Shown: positions 29,758 to 40,520, counted from the stretch's first letter. The stretch: 64,000 bases of DNA from an uncultured Gemmatimonadaceae bacterium (GCA_963740355.1 CAVUDW010000003.1:1568001-1632000); one strand, 5' to 3'. Notes: generated from the sequence alone by a model not told the origin. Numbers and translations: made by a program.

Positions 29758-31287
29758 CTACCTCCGTCGCTTGCCCATCAGCGCACCGAGCACCGAGCGT
29801 GTGATTGTGCCCGCAATCGTGACGGCAATCGTGCGCGCCACCGGTGAGCGCATGAAGGCGCCCAGTGCGCCCTCATCCTCGCGCGCCGTTCGTGCACCGC
29901 CCTTGGTTGGCGCAGCATCCGCTTCGGCGGCAGCAGCCTGCTCAGCGGCCGCGTGCTTCTTCTCCAGCACCTCGCGCGCCGACTCACGGTCCACGGCCGT
30001 TGCGTACTTCTTCGCCTGCGGTGTCTGCAGACGTGGTGCGACTTCCGCAGGCGTGAGTGGGCCCATGCGCGACGCCGGTGGCACCATGTGACAGACGAAC
30101 GGCAGTGTTGGTGTGCCTTTCGCCGTCAGGGTGGAGACCAGGGCTTCGCCGGTTCCCATCGAGGTGAGCGTGGCTTCGATGTCGTAGTACTCGGTCTTCG
30201 GGATCGTGCGAGCCGTGGTGCGGAGCTGCTTCTCGTCGTCCGGCGTGTAGGCGCGGAGTGCATGCTGCACACGATTGCCGAGCTGACCGAGCACGGTCTC
30301 CGGAATGTCGCGCGGCTGCTGCGTGATGTAGAAGACGCCGATGCCCTTCGAGCGGATGAGTCGGGTCACCTTCTCGATTTCATCACGCATCGCATCACTG
30401 GCATCGTTGAAGAGGAGGTGCGCTTCGTCGAAGAAGAACACCAGCTTCGGCTTCGCCAGGTCGCCCACTTCCGGCAGGGTCGCATAGAGCTCGGCCAACA
30501 TCCAGAGCATGAAGGTGGAGAACAGGGCCGGCTTGTCCTGCACATCGGAGAGCACCAGCACCGACACCAGCCCACGACCATCGCGCTCGATCGAGAAGAG
30601 GTCGTCGAGGTCGAACTCCGGCTCGCCGAAGAACTTGTCGGCGCCCTGCGCTTCGAGTCCGATGATGTTGCGCAGCAGCACGCCGACGGTGGCCTTCGAC
30701 ATGCCGCCGTATTCCTTCAATTCCGCCGCGCCGTCCTCGGTCAGGTACTGCAGCACCTCGCGCAGGTCACTCAGGTCGAGCAGCAACAGGCCCTTGTCAT
30801 CGCAGTACTTGAAGACCAGTGCCAGCACGCTCGCTTGCGTCTCGTTGAGATCGAGCACCTTCGCCATCAGCAACGGGCCGAAGCTGGAGACCGTGGCGCG
30901 CAGCTGGCCGCCGGTGGTGCCAGTGAGCGAGAGCAGCTCCACCGGGAACGACGCGGACTGCCACTTGTGTCCCGTGGCAGTTGCGCGCTCCTCGATCTTT
31001 GCGTTGCTCTCGCCCGCCATCGCGATGCCGCTGACGTCGCCCTTCACATCCGCGAGAAAGACCGGCACCCCCTGCGCGGAGAGCTGCTCAGCCATCAGCT
31101 GCAGCGTTTTCGTCTTGCCCGTGCCGGTGGCGCCGGCGATCAGGCCGTGACGCGTCATCATCGACAGCGGCAGGCGCACCAGCGGCTGCGGATCGATGGC
31201 GCCTTCGTGGACGACGGCTCCGAGCGTGATGCCCGGCAAGTCGGTCGGGAACGCGGCCTGTGCGGCGGCGATGAGGGCTTCGTTCAT
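29758..31287 (-). CDS. HerA-like ATPase, DUF853/YjgR family
   Basis: RHGLIAGATGTGKT, DVKGD, LPEVGD..KPKLVFFFDEAH, QLGNRVQHALRA. Confidence 0.92.
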   Translation of the reverse strand: MNEALIAAAQAAFPTDLPGITLGAVVHEGAIDPQPLVRLPLSMMTRHGLIAGATGTGKTKTLQLMAEQLSAQGVPVFLADVKGDVSGIAMAGESNAKIEERATATGHKWQSASFPVELLSLTGTTGGQLRATVSSFGPLLMAKVLDLNETQASVLALVFKYCDDKGLLLLDLSDLREVLQYLTEDGAAELKEYGGMSKATVGVLLRNIIGLEAQGADKFFGEPEFDLDDLFSIERDGRGLVSVLVLSDVQDKPALFSTFMLWMLAELYATLPEVGDLAKPKLVFFFDEAHLLFNDASDAMRDEIEKVTRLIRSKGIGVFYITQQPRDIPETVLGQLGNRVQHALRAYTPDDEKQLRTTARTIPKTEYYDIEATLTSMGTGEALVSTLTAKGTPTLPFVCHMVPPASRMGPLTPAEVAPRLQTPQAKKYATAVDRESAREVLEKKHAAAEQAAAAEADAAPTKGGARTAREDEGALGAFMRSPVARTIAVTIAGTITRSVLGALMGKRRR

Positions 31288-31558
31288 GGCGCAAGCAGAG
31301 GAAGGGGATCGCAGGCGGCGAGCCGCTCGGCGGACGGCGAATGATACCGAGGGGTGCGGGGTCTCGCTTCGGGAAGGACGCCACGACGCGGCGGCGTGTC
31401 TGGATTGGGGCCCGCACGGCGAGGCTGAAATCCGCATGAGCAGGCGCCAACGGAATCGGGCACCGCAATTGCTTTTTGTGGCAGGGCGTGATCGGTGCCT
31501 TGTGTGCCGAGCATCAGCCGCCGTCATGTCCGACGCCCATTCCCGCCCTGCAATGCGT

Positions 31559-34500
31559 ATGTCTCACGCTCCCCAGCACCAGATCCGCCGTCCCTCCACC
31601 CGGCAGCTTTTGTCGGCACTAGTTGCCGTCGCTGCAGTTTCTGCCTGCTCCGGCGGGAAGAAATCGACGGTCGGCATCACCGAACCAAACGGCTCGCTGG
31701 CGCTGACGGTGTCCGGTAGCGGTACGGGCAGCGGTCGCATCATGTCGACACCAGCGGGCATCGACTGCGCGCTGTCGGCGGGTGCGGTGAGCGGCACCTG
31801 CTCCGCACGATTCGCGGCCGGTGCGGTCGTCACACTGCGCCCCGAACCCGGGACGACATCGGTGTTCCTCGCATTCGGCGGTGACTGCACACTGACCTCC
31901 TGCCAGACCACCATGCAGGCGCCACGCACGGTGACGGCGACCTTCGTTCCGAACTTCCTCTCAGTGGTGGCGAATGCCACATCGGTCGGCGGCGGGCGCA
32001 TCGTCAGCACACCGGCAGGCATCGACTGCATACTGAATGGCACGGCCGCTGGCACGGGAGCGTGCAGCGCCAGCTTTCCGCTTGGCACTGAAGTGTCGCT
32101 CGTTCAGGAAGCGTCGGGCGGGGCAATCTTCCACGGCTGGAGCGCCAACTGCACGGGCGATCCGTGCGTGGTGACGATGAATGGTCAGCGCACCGTCGAC
32201 GCGACGTTTCGTACGCCGCAGGCCGCTGGTACACTCGCCGTGGGCGGCTTCGGGACCGGCGCCGGCACCGTAACGAGTGTGCCGGAAGGAATCAATTGCA
32301 GCATCTCGGCGGGAGTCGCCACTGGTAGCTGCTCGGCGGTGTTCCCAGGCGGCATGGCAGTCGCGTTGAATGCGGCGAGCAGTGGCAGCAGTTCGTTCAG
32401 CGGTTTCACCGGTGCCTGTGCCGGCATGGCGTGCAGCGCTGTCGTCGCACCGGGCACGACGACCACTGTCGCCGCAGGCTTTGCCGGCGCATCGATGCCA
32501 GCCACACTCGTCATCGCACCGACGGCAGGCTCGCGCGGTGGTGGTGTGATCACGAGTTCACCAGCGGGCATCAACTGCACCGTCAACGATGGCGTGACGA
32601 CCGGTGTCTGCAGCGTGACCTTCGCAACCAACACCGCGGTCGTGCTGACGCAGACCGCATCCGGCAGCGCCGTGTTTCAGGGATGGAGTGGTGACTGCAT
32701 CGGCAACCCATGCCAGGTCACCGTGACGCAGAATCATGTGGCCGAGGTGACGTATCGGTTGCCGCCTGGCGGGATCGTATCGGTGAGTGCCGTCGGCACC
32801 GGCTCGGGCACTGTCACCAGCACACCGGCCGGGATCGCGTGCACGATCACCAACGGAGTGGCAGGTGGTGGGTGCAGCGCATCGTTCGATGCCGGTGTGG
32901 CCGTCACCTTGAGCGCAGTCAGCGCAGGAACGACCGCGTTCTCCGGATTCTCCGGCGCCTGCAGTGGCAGTAGCTGCACCGTGATCGCAGCCACCGGTGC
33001 CACCACTGCGGTTGGCGCCAGCTTCACCGCGTCGATCCCGGCCACGCTGACAGTCCGGGCTTCGCCGGCATCACGCGGCACCGGCACGATCACCAGCTCG
33101 CCGGCGGGCCTCAATTGCACCGTCACCGACGGCGTGGCGTCCGGGGTCTGCAGCGGCGCGTTTGCCAGCAATACCATCGTCACGCTGACACAACTCCCTG
33201 GTGGTGCCAGCATCTTCCAGGGATGGAGCGGAGACTGCGTCGGCAACCCCTGCCAGATCTCGATGACGGCTCCACGCGTCGGTGAGATCACCTACCGCGT
33301 CCCACCGCCCGGTATCGTGATGGTGTCCGGCACGGGCACCGGCAACGGTAGCGTGACCAGTTCACCCTCAGGCATCACCTGCACCGTGACGGCGGGCGTC
33401 ACCAGCGGAATCTGCAGTGCGACCTTCGACGCCGGCAGCACGGTGACACTCATCGGCGGCAGCTCGAACAACGGCAGCTTCGATGGCTTCACCGGCGCAT
33501 GCACCGGTTCCAGCTGCGCCATCGCGGTCGTGAGCAACACCACCGCCGCCGTGAGTGCCGCGTTCAATGCAGCGCCGCAGCGCCTGACGGTCACCGCAGG
33601 TCCTGGTTCGGCAGGCGGTGGGGTCATCACCAGTTCGCCGGCGGGCATCAACTGCATTCTCAGCGGCACGACCACCAGCGGCACCTGCACGGCGTTCTTC
33701 GCCTACGGCAGTGTGGTCACGTTGCAGCAGACCACGACCGGCAACGCCGTGTTCGCGAGCTGGGCCGGTGATTGTGTATCGGATCCCTGTCAGGTAGCCA
33801 TGTCGCAGGGCCGCACCGCGCTAGCGATCTTCCAGACGCAGGTGGTCACCGTCGCAGGTGGCGGCACCGGCAGCGGCGTGGTGACCAGCGTGCCATCCGG
33901 AATCAGCTGCACGATCACGAATGGCGTCACCGGCGGCACCTGCAGCACGTCGTTCCCACCGAACACCGTCGTCTCGCTGACGGCCACACCATCCGGGCTG
34001 GCGTCGTTCTCCGGCTACTCCGGTGCCTGTACCGCGTCGACGTGCACGATGACGATGGCGCCCGGTGTCACCAACAGCGTCACGGCGCAATTCACCGCAC
34101 CGCCGCAACTCTCGCTCTCAGCCGGCACTGGCTCCCAGGGCGGCGGTACCCTCACCAGCGCACCGTCCGGCCTGTCCTGCACGTTGAGCAACGCGGCCAG
34201 CAGCGGGTCGTGCACCTTCGCCTATGCGCTCAATACCGTCGTGACAGTGACGCAGACGCCCACCAATGGCAGCGTCTTCCTCAACTGGGCTGGCGCGTGC
34301 AGCGGCAGTGGCGCGTGCACCGTGCCGCTGACGGCATCACGATCGGTGCAAGCCGTGTATCGCCTGGCCGTTCCCGGCTCGGTGACCGTGAATTCCGGTG
34401 CGGGGAGCGGCAATGGCTCGGTTTCGAGTTCGCCCGGTGGCATCGCCTGCGCGATCGCCAACGGTGTGAAGTCAGGGATCTGTCGTGCCATCTTCCCCGT

Positions 34501-34642
34501 TGGCTCCACGGTGACCCTGCTCCCGATCGCGAACTCGGGCTACACCTTCACTGGCTTCAGCGGGTCGTGCACCGGCATGACGTGTACCCTGACGGTGCCG
34601 GAGAATGGCGACCTCACGGTGACGGCGAATTTCACGCCCTGA
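31559..34642 (+). CDS. Large surface lipoprotein of 11 Cys-rich divergent InlB-B/Flg_new-like repeats
   Basis: Lipobox AVSAC; 11 units of ~87-90 aa, each G.G.V.S.P.GI.C...C...F.G[WF].G.C...C...V.A.F; start may be 31553. Confidence 0.85.
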   Translation: MSHAPQHQIRRPSTRQLLSALVAVAAVSACSGGKKSTVGITEPNGSLALTVSGSGTGSGRIMSTPAGIDCALSAGAVSGTCSARFAAGAVVTLRPEPGTTSVFLAFGGDCTLTSCQTTMQAPRTVTATFVPNFLSVVANATSVGGGRIVSTPAGIDCILNGTAAGTGACSASFPLGTEVSLVQEASGGAIFHGWSANCTGDPCVVTMNGQRTVDATFRTPQAAGTLAVGGFGTGAGTVTSVPEGINCSISAGVATGSCSAVFPGGMAVALNAASSGSSSFSGFTGACAGMACSAVVAPGTTTTVAAGFAGASMPATLVIAPTAGSRGGGVITSSPAGINCTVNDGVTTGVCSVTFATNTAVVLTQTASGSAVFQGWSGDCIGNPCQVTVTQNHVAEVTYRLPPGGIVSVSAVGTGSGTVTSTPAGIACTITNGVAGGGCSASFDAGVAVTLSAVSAGTTAFSGFSGACSGSSCTVIAATGATTAVGASFTASIPATLTVRASPASRGTGTITSSPAGLNCTVTDGVASGVCSGAFASNTIVTLTQLPGGASIFQGWSGDCVGNPCQISMTAPRVGEITYRVPPPGIVMVSGTGTGNGSVTSSPSGITCTVTAGVTSGICSATFDAGSTVTLIGGSSNNGSFDGFTGACTGSSCAIAVVSNTTAAVSAAFNAAPQRLTVTAGPGSAGGGVITSSPAGINCILSGTTTSGTCTAFFAYGSVVTLQQTTTGNAVFASWAGDCVSDPCQVAMSQGRTALAIFQTQVVTVAGGGTGSGVVTSVPSGISCTITNGVTGGTCSTSFPPNTVVSLTATPSGLASFSGYSGACTASTCTMTMAPGVTNSVTAQFTAPPQLSLSAGTGSQGGGTLTSAPSGLSCTLSNAASSGSCTFAYALNTVVTVTQTPTNGSVFLNWAGACSGSGACTVPLTASRSVQAVYRLAVPGSVTVNSGAGSGNGSVSSSPGGIACAIANGVKSGICRAIFPVGSTVTLLPIANSGYTFTGFSGSCTGMTCTLTVPENGDLTVTANFTP

Positions 34643-34797
34643 TAGCGATGGGCGGCGTGACGCGGTTCGAGGGCAGCAGGAATAGTGACCGCAGTGCGTC
34701 GTGGCGGTGACGGTCCCGTGGCCGCGCACCGATAGCTTGCAGCATCCAGTGAGTCAGGGAGTTCGTTCCTCGATCGCTGCCCCCTGACCACGTCCTG

Positions 34798-36795
34798 ATG
34801 CTCCCGCCCGCGTCTCTGCCGACCGACTCCAGTTCAACTGATGCGCGACGTGCGGGTCACCGTGTCGCAGCGCCGCTGCGGCTCGTCGGTGGCGCTGTCC
34901 GCGTTTTCGTCATGGCGTTGGTCTCGGTGCTCGTGCTGCCGTATGTCGTCGTGCCCGTGTACGAATCGCGCGCCTCGGTGCCGTTTCACGGCCCCTCGCT
35001 CTACAACCCGTACCACGATGCCGGCGCCGCATGGCAGCGGGCGAACTTCCATGCACACAGCAAGGCCTGGGGTGGCATCACGTCGGGCAAGCAGTCACCC
35101 GCCGAGGTCCGCGCGGCGTACGTCAGCCGCGGGTACGACGTGATCGGGCTCTCCAATTATCACCAGATCGCGCGCGTCGCTGGCGACACGAGTTTCCTCC
35201 CGATCTACGAGCACGGGTTCAGCATCAAGAAGACGCACCAGCTCGTGATTGGCGCACGTCATGTCACGGCCATCGACTTCCCGATCTGGCAGACGACCAA
35301 CGCCAAGCAGTACCTGCTGGCGGCACTACACGACTCGCTCTCACTCACCGCCATTGCGCACCCATATCTGCGCATGGGGTACGACACGGCGCAGTTGGCG
35401 CAGCTGGGCGGGTTCGACCTGCTCGAGGTGCGCAGCCACTGGAACGACGCATCCCCGTGGTGGGACGCGGCACTTACGACCGGCAATGCCGTGTGGGCGA
35501 TCGGCAATGATGATGTGCACGACATCACCAAGCCGCGCGAGACCGGTGTGGTCTGGACGATGGTGAATGCTCCGGACAATCGGGCGAACTCGATCCTCGC
35601 CGCCTTGCGGCAGGGCCGGATGTACGTCGTTGCCGCCGCAGCAGGCGCCGCAGTGGGCGCACCGCCACCGCGACTGTCACGCGTCGTCGTGCGCGGTGAC
35701 ACCGTGACAACGACCTTCAGTGAGCCGATGCAGCAGCTCCGCGTGATCGTTGACCGCGGGGTGGTTCGCGCCGACACAACCAACAGCACCGAAATGCGCT
35801 ACGTGATGCAGGCGAGTGACACATATGCCCGGGTCGTTGCCACGTCCAGCGCAGGCACCATCTACGTGAACCCCGTGATTCGTGCGTCCGTCGAGCCGCG
35901 GCCCGCTGCGGTACCACCGATCCGGCCGCTGGCCAGCCTGTTCAGTCGCGCGGCGGCGGCGATCGTCTGGCTGTTGGCGATGGTGTTGCTCATGCCAGGC
36001 CGCCTGGCGCGGCGCATGCGTGCGAGCGTTCGGCCGACACCGGTGCCCTCGCTACGCGCTGCGGTGTTGCTGGCGGGAGTGCTCGCATTGCCCGAGCCCG
36101 CCCACGCGCAGGGGTTGCACACCCCCGCGGCGTCCCTGCCCTTCCGCATCGGCGAGTATCACGAGTACGACCTCAAGTTCGGCGCCTTGACGGTCGGCAG
36201 CGGGTCGTTGTCCGTAACGGGACCGGACACGCTACGGGGGCGTGAAGTGCTACGCCTGCGGTACGAGATCAATGGCGGTATTCCGTTCTTCCGTGTACAC
36301 GACGTGATGGAGAGCTGGTTCGATCCGGTCAACCTGCTCAGCATGCGATTCACGCAGGACCTGAACGAAGGCCCGAAGCACTACAATCGCTTCTACGACT
36401 TCTATCCGGCCGAGTCGATCGTGCTGGAGCGAGGGAAGCCCCGCGCCGCCACGGTGGCCGCGCCGCTCGACGATGCCGCCTTCATCTTCTTCGTTCGCAC
36501 ACTCGACCTTCAGGTCGGGCAGACGCTGAGTTTTTCGCGCTATTTCCGGCCCAGCGCCAACCCGGTCACGATCCAGGTGCTGCGAAAGGAGAGCATCACG
36601 GTGCCAGCCGGCACATTCAACACGATCGTCGTGAAGCCGATCATCCGGACGTCCGGCATCTTTTCCGAGGGCGGCCAGGCCGAGCTCTGGTTCACCGATG
36701 ACGCGGCCCACACGCTGGTGCAGATGAAGGCGAAGCTGTCGTTCGGGTCACTGAACCTCTACCTCCGGCCGTCGAGACGAAAGCCGCCGGCCTAG
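34798..36795 (+). CDS. PHP-family metallohydrolase fused to a DUF3108-like domain
   Basis: NFHAHS, SNYH, YEHG, AHP and GNDDVH PHP motifs; C-terminal PFRIGE..Y.LKFG...TVPAGTF.T...LWFTDD. Confidence 0.8.
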   Translation: MLPPASLPTDSSSTDARRAGHRVAAPLRLVGGAVRVFVMALVSVLVLPYVVVPVYESRASVPFHGPSLYNPYHDAGAAWQRANFHAHSKAWGGITSGKQSPAEVRAAYVSRGYDVIGLSNYHQIARVAGDTSFLPIYEHGFSIKKTHQLVIGARHVTAIDFPIWQTTNAKQYLLAALHDSLSLTAIAHPYLRMGYDTAQLAQLGGFDLLEVRSHWNDASPWWDAALTTGNAVWAIGNDDVHDITKPRETGVVWTMVNAPDNRANSILAALRQGRMYVVAAAAGAAVGAPPPRLSRVVVRGDTVTTTFSEPMQQLRVIVDRGVVRADTTNSTEMRYVMQASDTYARVVATSSAGTIYVNPVIRASVEPRPAAVPPIRPLASLFSRAAAAIVWLLAMVLLMPGRLARRMRASVRPTPVPSLRAAVLLAGVLALPEPAHAQGLHTPAASLPFRIGEYHEYDLKFGALTVGSGSLSVTGPDTLRGREVLRLRYEINGGIPFFRVHDVMESWFDPVNLLSMRFTQDLNEGPKHYNRFYDFYPAESIVLERGKPRAATVAAPLDDAAFIFFVRTLDLQVGQTLSFSRYFRPSANPVTIQVLRKESITVPAGTFNTIVVKPIIRTSGIFSEGGQAELWFTDDAAHTLVQMKAKLSFGSLNLYLRPSRRKPPA

Positions 36796-38414
36796 TGCTT
36801 CATGTCCGGCAAGTGCATCGGCATCGTCATCGGTACCGGTTGCGATGACGGGAGCTCCTTCACACGTTCGCTCCACGGACGTCGCAGGTGCGAGGTGGCG
36901 AACAGTGCCACCGTGAGTGCGGTGTCAGCGCCACGAAGCACCGGCACGGTGCGCACCAATCGCACGGTGTCGAACACCGCGAGGAACGGCTCGGCGGTAA
37001 TCCAGAGTTCGGGATTCGTGACCGGCGTTGGGATCTTCAACACCAGCACACCGTCCGTGCCGATCAGGGACCTGATGTCCGACGCAAACTGAAAGTGTCG
37101 TGCGTCGTCATTCAACACCACGGTGGGGAGAGCGCCGCCGAGCGCGTACCCGATCTTCGCGCCCCGGATCCAGTCGGCCGTAGCCACATAACGCGCGTTG
37201 GTGAGCATCCCGCTGCTGTCGAGCGCCGCACGAATGGATCGATACTCGAGCAACTCGAAGGCGGGGTCTCGATGGCGGAGCGACGGGACGAATCGCGCGA
37301 GCCAGCCGGTGGCGGCGTGACTGACGACGATTGCCAGCAGGAACGCAAAGACGCCGCCGGCTGCCTTCATGCGAGCTGGCGCAACGGTTGGTGCGCGCTG
37401 CTCCCAGCGTGCGATGGCGGCGCCGAGCAGCGGGAGGAGCAGGAAGAATCCGGGGGCCGGCCAATGCGGGAGGCCCGCCCGTCCGCCAAGCGAGGCCAGT
37501 GTGAACACGATCACCGGTGCCGCACCGAGGCACACGCAGAACCAGGTCGCGCGATCGCGCGGGCCGCTTCGCACACCCTTGTACAGCAGCACCACAAGCG
37601 GCACCCAGAACCACGGGAAGAGATAACCCGCCTGACCGGCGATGTTTTGGAGCAGTGCCGTCAGCGCGTTGCCGTGGCCGGCGGCACGTCCCGCCTGAAA
37701 GCGGAACGAGATCCAGTCGTGCTGCGCATTCCAGATAAAGACTGGCAGGACGCAGAGTGCCGCCACGGCAACCGCGGCGTATGGCTGCGGGCGTGTGAAC
37801 CAGCGCCGCGCCGTGCCGTCCGTGACCATGAAGACCGCAACGCCCGCACCGAGCAATGCCGCGTGGTACTTCGACAGGCCTGCGCAGCCGAGCGCGATAC
37901 CTAGCGCGAGCCACGGCATCCACGTCGAATCAGCATCAGCGGCCGCAGGGTCGCTCGCGGTAGCCGGCGCGTGTGGTGCGACCGGCACCGCGTACGACAG
38001 GGCCAGCGCGGCAGCGATGCTGGCACAAAGCAACGGGCCATCGGGCAATACCCAGCTCCCGCTGCTGAGGCTGAACACCGGGATGCACTGCGCTGCAGCG
38101 GTGGCCCACAACCCGGCGCGCTCGCCGAACAATCGTGACGTGAGCCGGAAGAGCAGCCAGGACGTCAGCGCAAACAGCAGCACGAACGGCCATCGCAGGG
38201 CCAACGGTGATTCGCCGCCGAGCGCCGAGGCGGCGTGTGCGAGCCAGAAGACTGCGGGTGGATGATCGAAGTAGCTGAGCGCCAGGCGTCGCGAGACGAC
38301 TACCGCGTAGGACTCATCGATACCCAGCGGGAGTAGCGCGGCAACGAGGAGGCGGAGAGCTGTGGATGCAGCGATCAGCCATTGGGTGCGGCGGGTGTCG
38401 GCGGTGGCGGCCAT
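36792..38414 (-). CDS. Glycosyltransferase family 39 (ArnT/PMT-like)
   Basis: DESY, LSYFDHPP, PDGP, LSKY, WNAQHDW.SF.FQ, HWPAP. Confidence 0.9.
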   Translation of the reverse strand: MAATADTRRTQWLIAASTALRLLVAALLPLGIDESYAVVVSRRLALSYFDHPPAVFWLAHAASALGGESPLALRWPFVLLFALTSWLLFRLTSRLFGERAGLWATAAAQCIPVFSLSSGSWVLPDGPLLCASIAAALALSYAVPVAPHAPATASDPAAADADSTWMPWLALGIALGCAGLSKYHAALLGAGVAVFMVTDGTARRWFTRPQPYAAVAVAALCVLPVFIWNAQHDWISFRFQAGRAAGHGNALTALLQNIAGQAGYLFPWFWVPLVVLLYKGVRSGPRDRATWFCVCLGAAPVIVFTLASLGGRAGLPHWPAPGFFLLLPLLGAAIARWEQRAPTVAPARMKAAGGVFAFLLAIVVSHAATGWLARFVPSLRHRDPAFELLEYRSIRAALDSSGMLTNARYVATADWIRGAKIGYALGGALPTVVLNDDARHFQFASDIRSLIGTDGVLVLKIPTPVTNPELWITAEPFLAVFDTVRLVRTVPVLRGADTALTVALFATSHLRRPWSERVKELPSSQPVPMTMPMHLPDMKH

Positions 38415-38610
38415 CACTCGCCTGCACACCAGCGCACGTGCATCATGCGGCGTTCAATCATCATCGCGAGAAGGATAGCCAGGTCTCTACAGCGCCTTGC
38501 GAGAAGAGAGCAAGCCGCTGCATTTCTGTCTCTTGCACTGAGTCTCTCCCGCGCTCCATCGGAATGCGGGAAGGTGCCACGAAGTTCGCCAGCGGCGTGG
38601 TCCGCATCGA

Positions 38611-39078
38611 TCAGGACGGGCGCGCCGTCAGTTCGATCCCGTCATCCCTCGCGTTGGAGACGATCCGCTCGAGGGTGCTGCGCAGTGCTGCTGCGTTCGC
38701 GGCGCCTACCTGGGTCGTCAGCTGCGCTTCGAAGTCCGCGTGGAATCGACGTGCCGCCTGCAGGGCTTTTCGACCACGGGTCGTGAGCGCCACCGTGCGC
38801 ACGCGCGCGTCGTCAGGATCATCGCGCCGCTCGACATAGCCCTTTGCCTCCATCTCGGCCACGATCTTGAGGGCGCCCTGCGACGTGATCTGCAGGCGCG
38901 TCGCGAGCGAAACGAGGCTTGCGGGCCCTGCATCGAGCAGCCGGAAGACATAGCCGAACGACCGGCCCAGATCCTGGAATCCGGCCTTCGCCATGGCTGC
39001 GTGCAGGCGGGCAACGAAGGCGCCATAGGCGAGGTTGAACAGCACGCCGAGGTCGACGTCAGACTGGGGGGTTGTCAT
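38611..39078 (-). CDS. MarR family transcriptional regulator
   Basis: Winged HTH with LA..L.ITSQ, GYVERRDDPDDARVR...LT.RG. Confidence 0.92.
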   Translation of the reverse strand: MTTPQSDVDLGVLFNLAYGAFVARLHAAMAKAGFQDLGRSFGYVFRLLDAGPASLVSLATRLQITSQGALKIVAEMEAKGYVERRDDPDDARVRTVALTTRGRKALQAARRFHADFEAQLTTQVGAANAAALRSTLERIVSNARDDGIELTARPS

Positions 39079-39132
39079 ATCATTCACTAAGGTTTATAAT
39101 CTGCAGTGAACAATAACCTCATGGAGGCTTTT

Positions 39133-39507
39133 ATGCCACTGCTTCACCCTGCTGACCACCGCTCCTTCGATGTTGCTGGTACCACCTTCACAAGCCTCGC
39201 GGCGCCCAGTCGAGGCGCGTCAGAAAATGCGGCCTGGCGACTGCACGTCGTGCCGGGGACCGTGGGGACTCCCCACCGTGTCACTCGCGAGGAGATCGTC
39301 ATCGCCCTTTCCGGGCGCGCGCAGGCCACGGTGAACGGCGAGGTACTGGAGATCGAGAACGGCGGCGCCTTGGTCGTTCCGGCGTCAAGCACGTTCGCAC
39401 TCGGGAATCCGTACGACGCCTCGTTCGAGGCCATTGCCATTTATCCCGTCGGCGGCGAGGTCGTTGTCGGGGACGCTGCGCCCTTTACGCCACCGTGGGC
39501 GCGATGA
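39133..39507 (+). CDS. Cupin domain protein
   Basis: SLAAPSRG, PH...REE....LSG, FTPPWA; GGAGG RBS; divergent from MarR. Confidence 0.85.
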   Translation: MPLLHPADHRSFDVAGTTFTSLAAPSRGASENAAWRLHVVPGTVGTPHRVTREEIVIALSGRAQATVNGEVLEIENGGALVVPASSTFALGNPYDASFEAIAIYPVGGEVVVGDAAPFTPPWAR

Positions 39508-39588
39508 CGCATGACTGTCTCTCCGGTGCCAGGTGGTGTCGGAGAGACAGACGTCGTCGGCGCGCCGTGGCTCCGGTCACGACGAGCA

Positions 39589-39978
39589 TCAATTCGAAGC
39601 ATTACGCCACTCCGAGAATGGAATCACCAGCGGCAGCAGCAGTATCCAGATGAGGAAGAACGTTGCGATGCCGCTTGGCACCGGCCTTCCGTCACGAGCC
39701 ATGATCGCCGGTACTGCGACGATTGCCAGCCACAGGCCCTTGTAGACCAGTTGCAGCACGAGCACCGGTGCCATCGCGACGGGCCACCGAATCCCCGCGA
39801 CAGAGAGGATCGCGATTGCGGTCCAGAGCGCACCGGTCACCCTGATCGCCGCATCGTTCGGCATCGCGCTCTGCTGCCACACCGTCCTCGCCGCCGTCAC
39901 GGGCGCGAGCAGTGACGTGAGTCCGACCGCGCCTGCGACGATCACGTTGGCGGCGTACACAAGACGGAGGAGTGTCAC
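39589..39978 (-). CDS. Small 4-TM membrane protein
   Basis: Hydrophobic, PVLVLQLVYKGLWL motif; GTGA overlap with the SRPBCC gene. Confidence 0.75.
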   Translation of the reverse strand: MTLLRLVYAANVIVAGAVGLTSLLAPVTAARTVWQQSAMPNDAAIRVTGALWTAIAILSVAGIRWPVAMAPVLVLQLVYKGLWLAIVAVPAIMARDGRPVPSGIATFFLIWILLLPLVIPFSEWRNASN

Positions 39979-40520
39979 GGCTCTCGTGCCTGTGCCGCGA
40001 GGCGTTGCATCGCCTGCGGCAGCGCTCGACGAAATGAAGGTCCGAAGCGTGACGCGAAGATCCGGCCCAGCGGCCCGTGGAAGCTCACGTCGTGCGTAAA
40101 TCGGCTACCGCGCTCGGTTGCGATGACGCTGCGCACGATGCGGAGAGTGGCGCCCGGCAGCAGTGTCTCGAACGTGTAGCTGACACCCGGTTCGAGAGTC
40201 GTCACCCGAAAGCGCGATGCACGCCCGCGCACCGGCACGAGGCGTCCCTCGACTCCGACAGCAAGCGGCGCGGGTGCGGACGCCTCACGAAGTTCGGTGT
40301 CCCACGATGGCCAACGCGACACATCCATCCAGAGCGCCCAGATGCGCGCGGCTGGGGCGTCAACGGCAATGGTATGCGTGAAGTGGCGATTGTCTCCAGC
40401 TGCCAACATCGGAGATTCCGTCGATTCGACCCGCGTGGGTCTCGCGGCGCATCCGGTCGACGACAGGAAGAGCATCGCGAGCAGCGCGAGCGTGCGTGAT
40501 TGGGCCAACAGACTCTCCAT
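39975..40520 (-). CDS. SRPBCC (polyketide cyclase-like) protein with possible lipoprotein signal
   Basis: I.V.APA..IW....DV..WP.W, G..FTH.V.F.GPL. Confidence 0.85.
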   Translation of the reverse strand: MESLLAQSRTLALLAMLFLSSTGCAARPTRVESTESPMLAAGDNRHFTHTIAVDAPAARIWALWMDVSRWPSWDTELREASAPAPLAVGVEGRLVPVRGRASRFRVTTLEPGVSYTFETLLPGATLRIVRSVIATERGSRFTHDVSFHGPLGRIFASRFGPSFRRALPQAMQRLAAQAREP

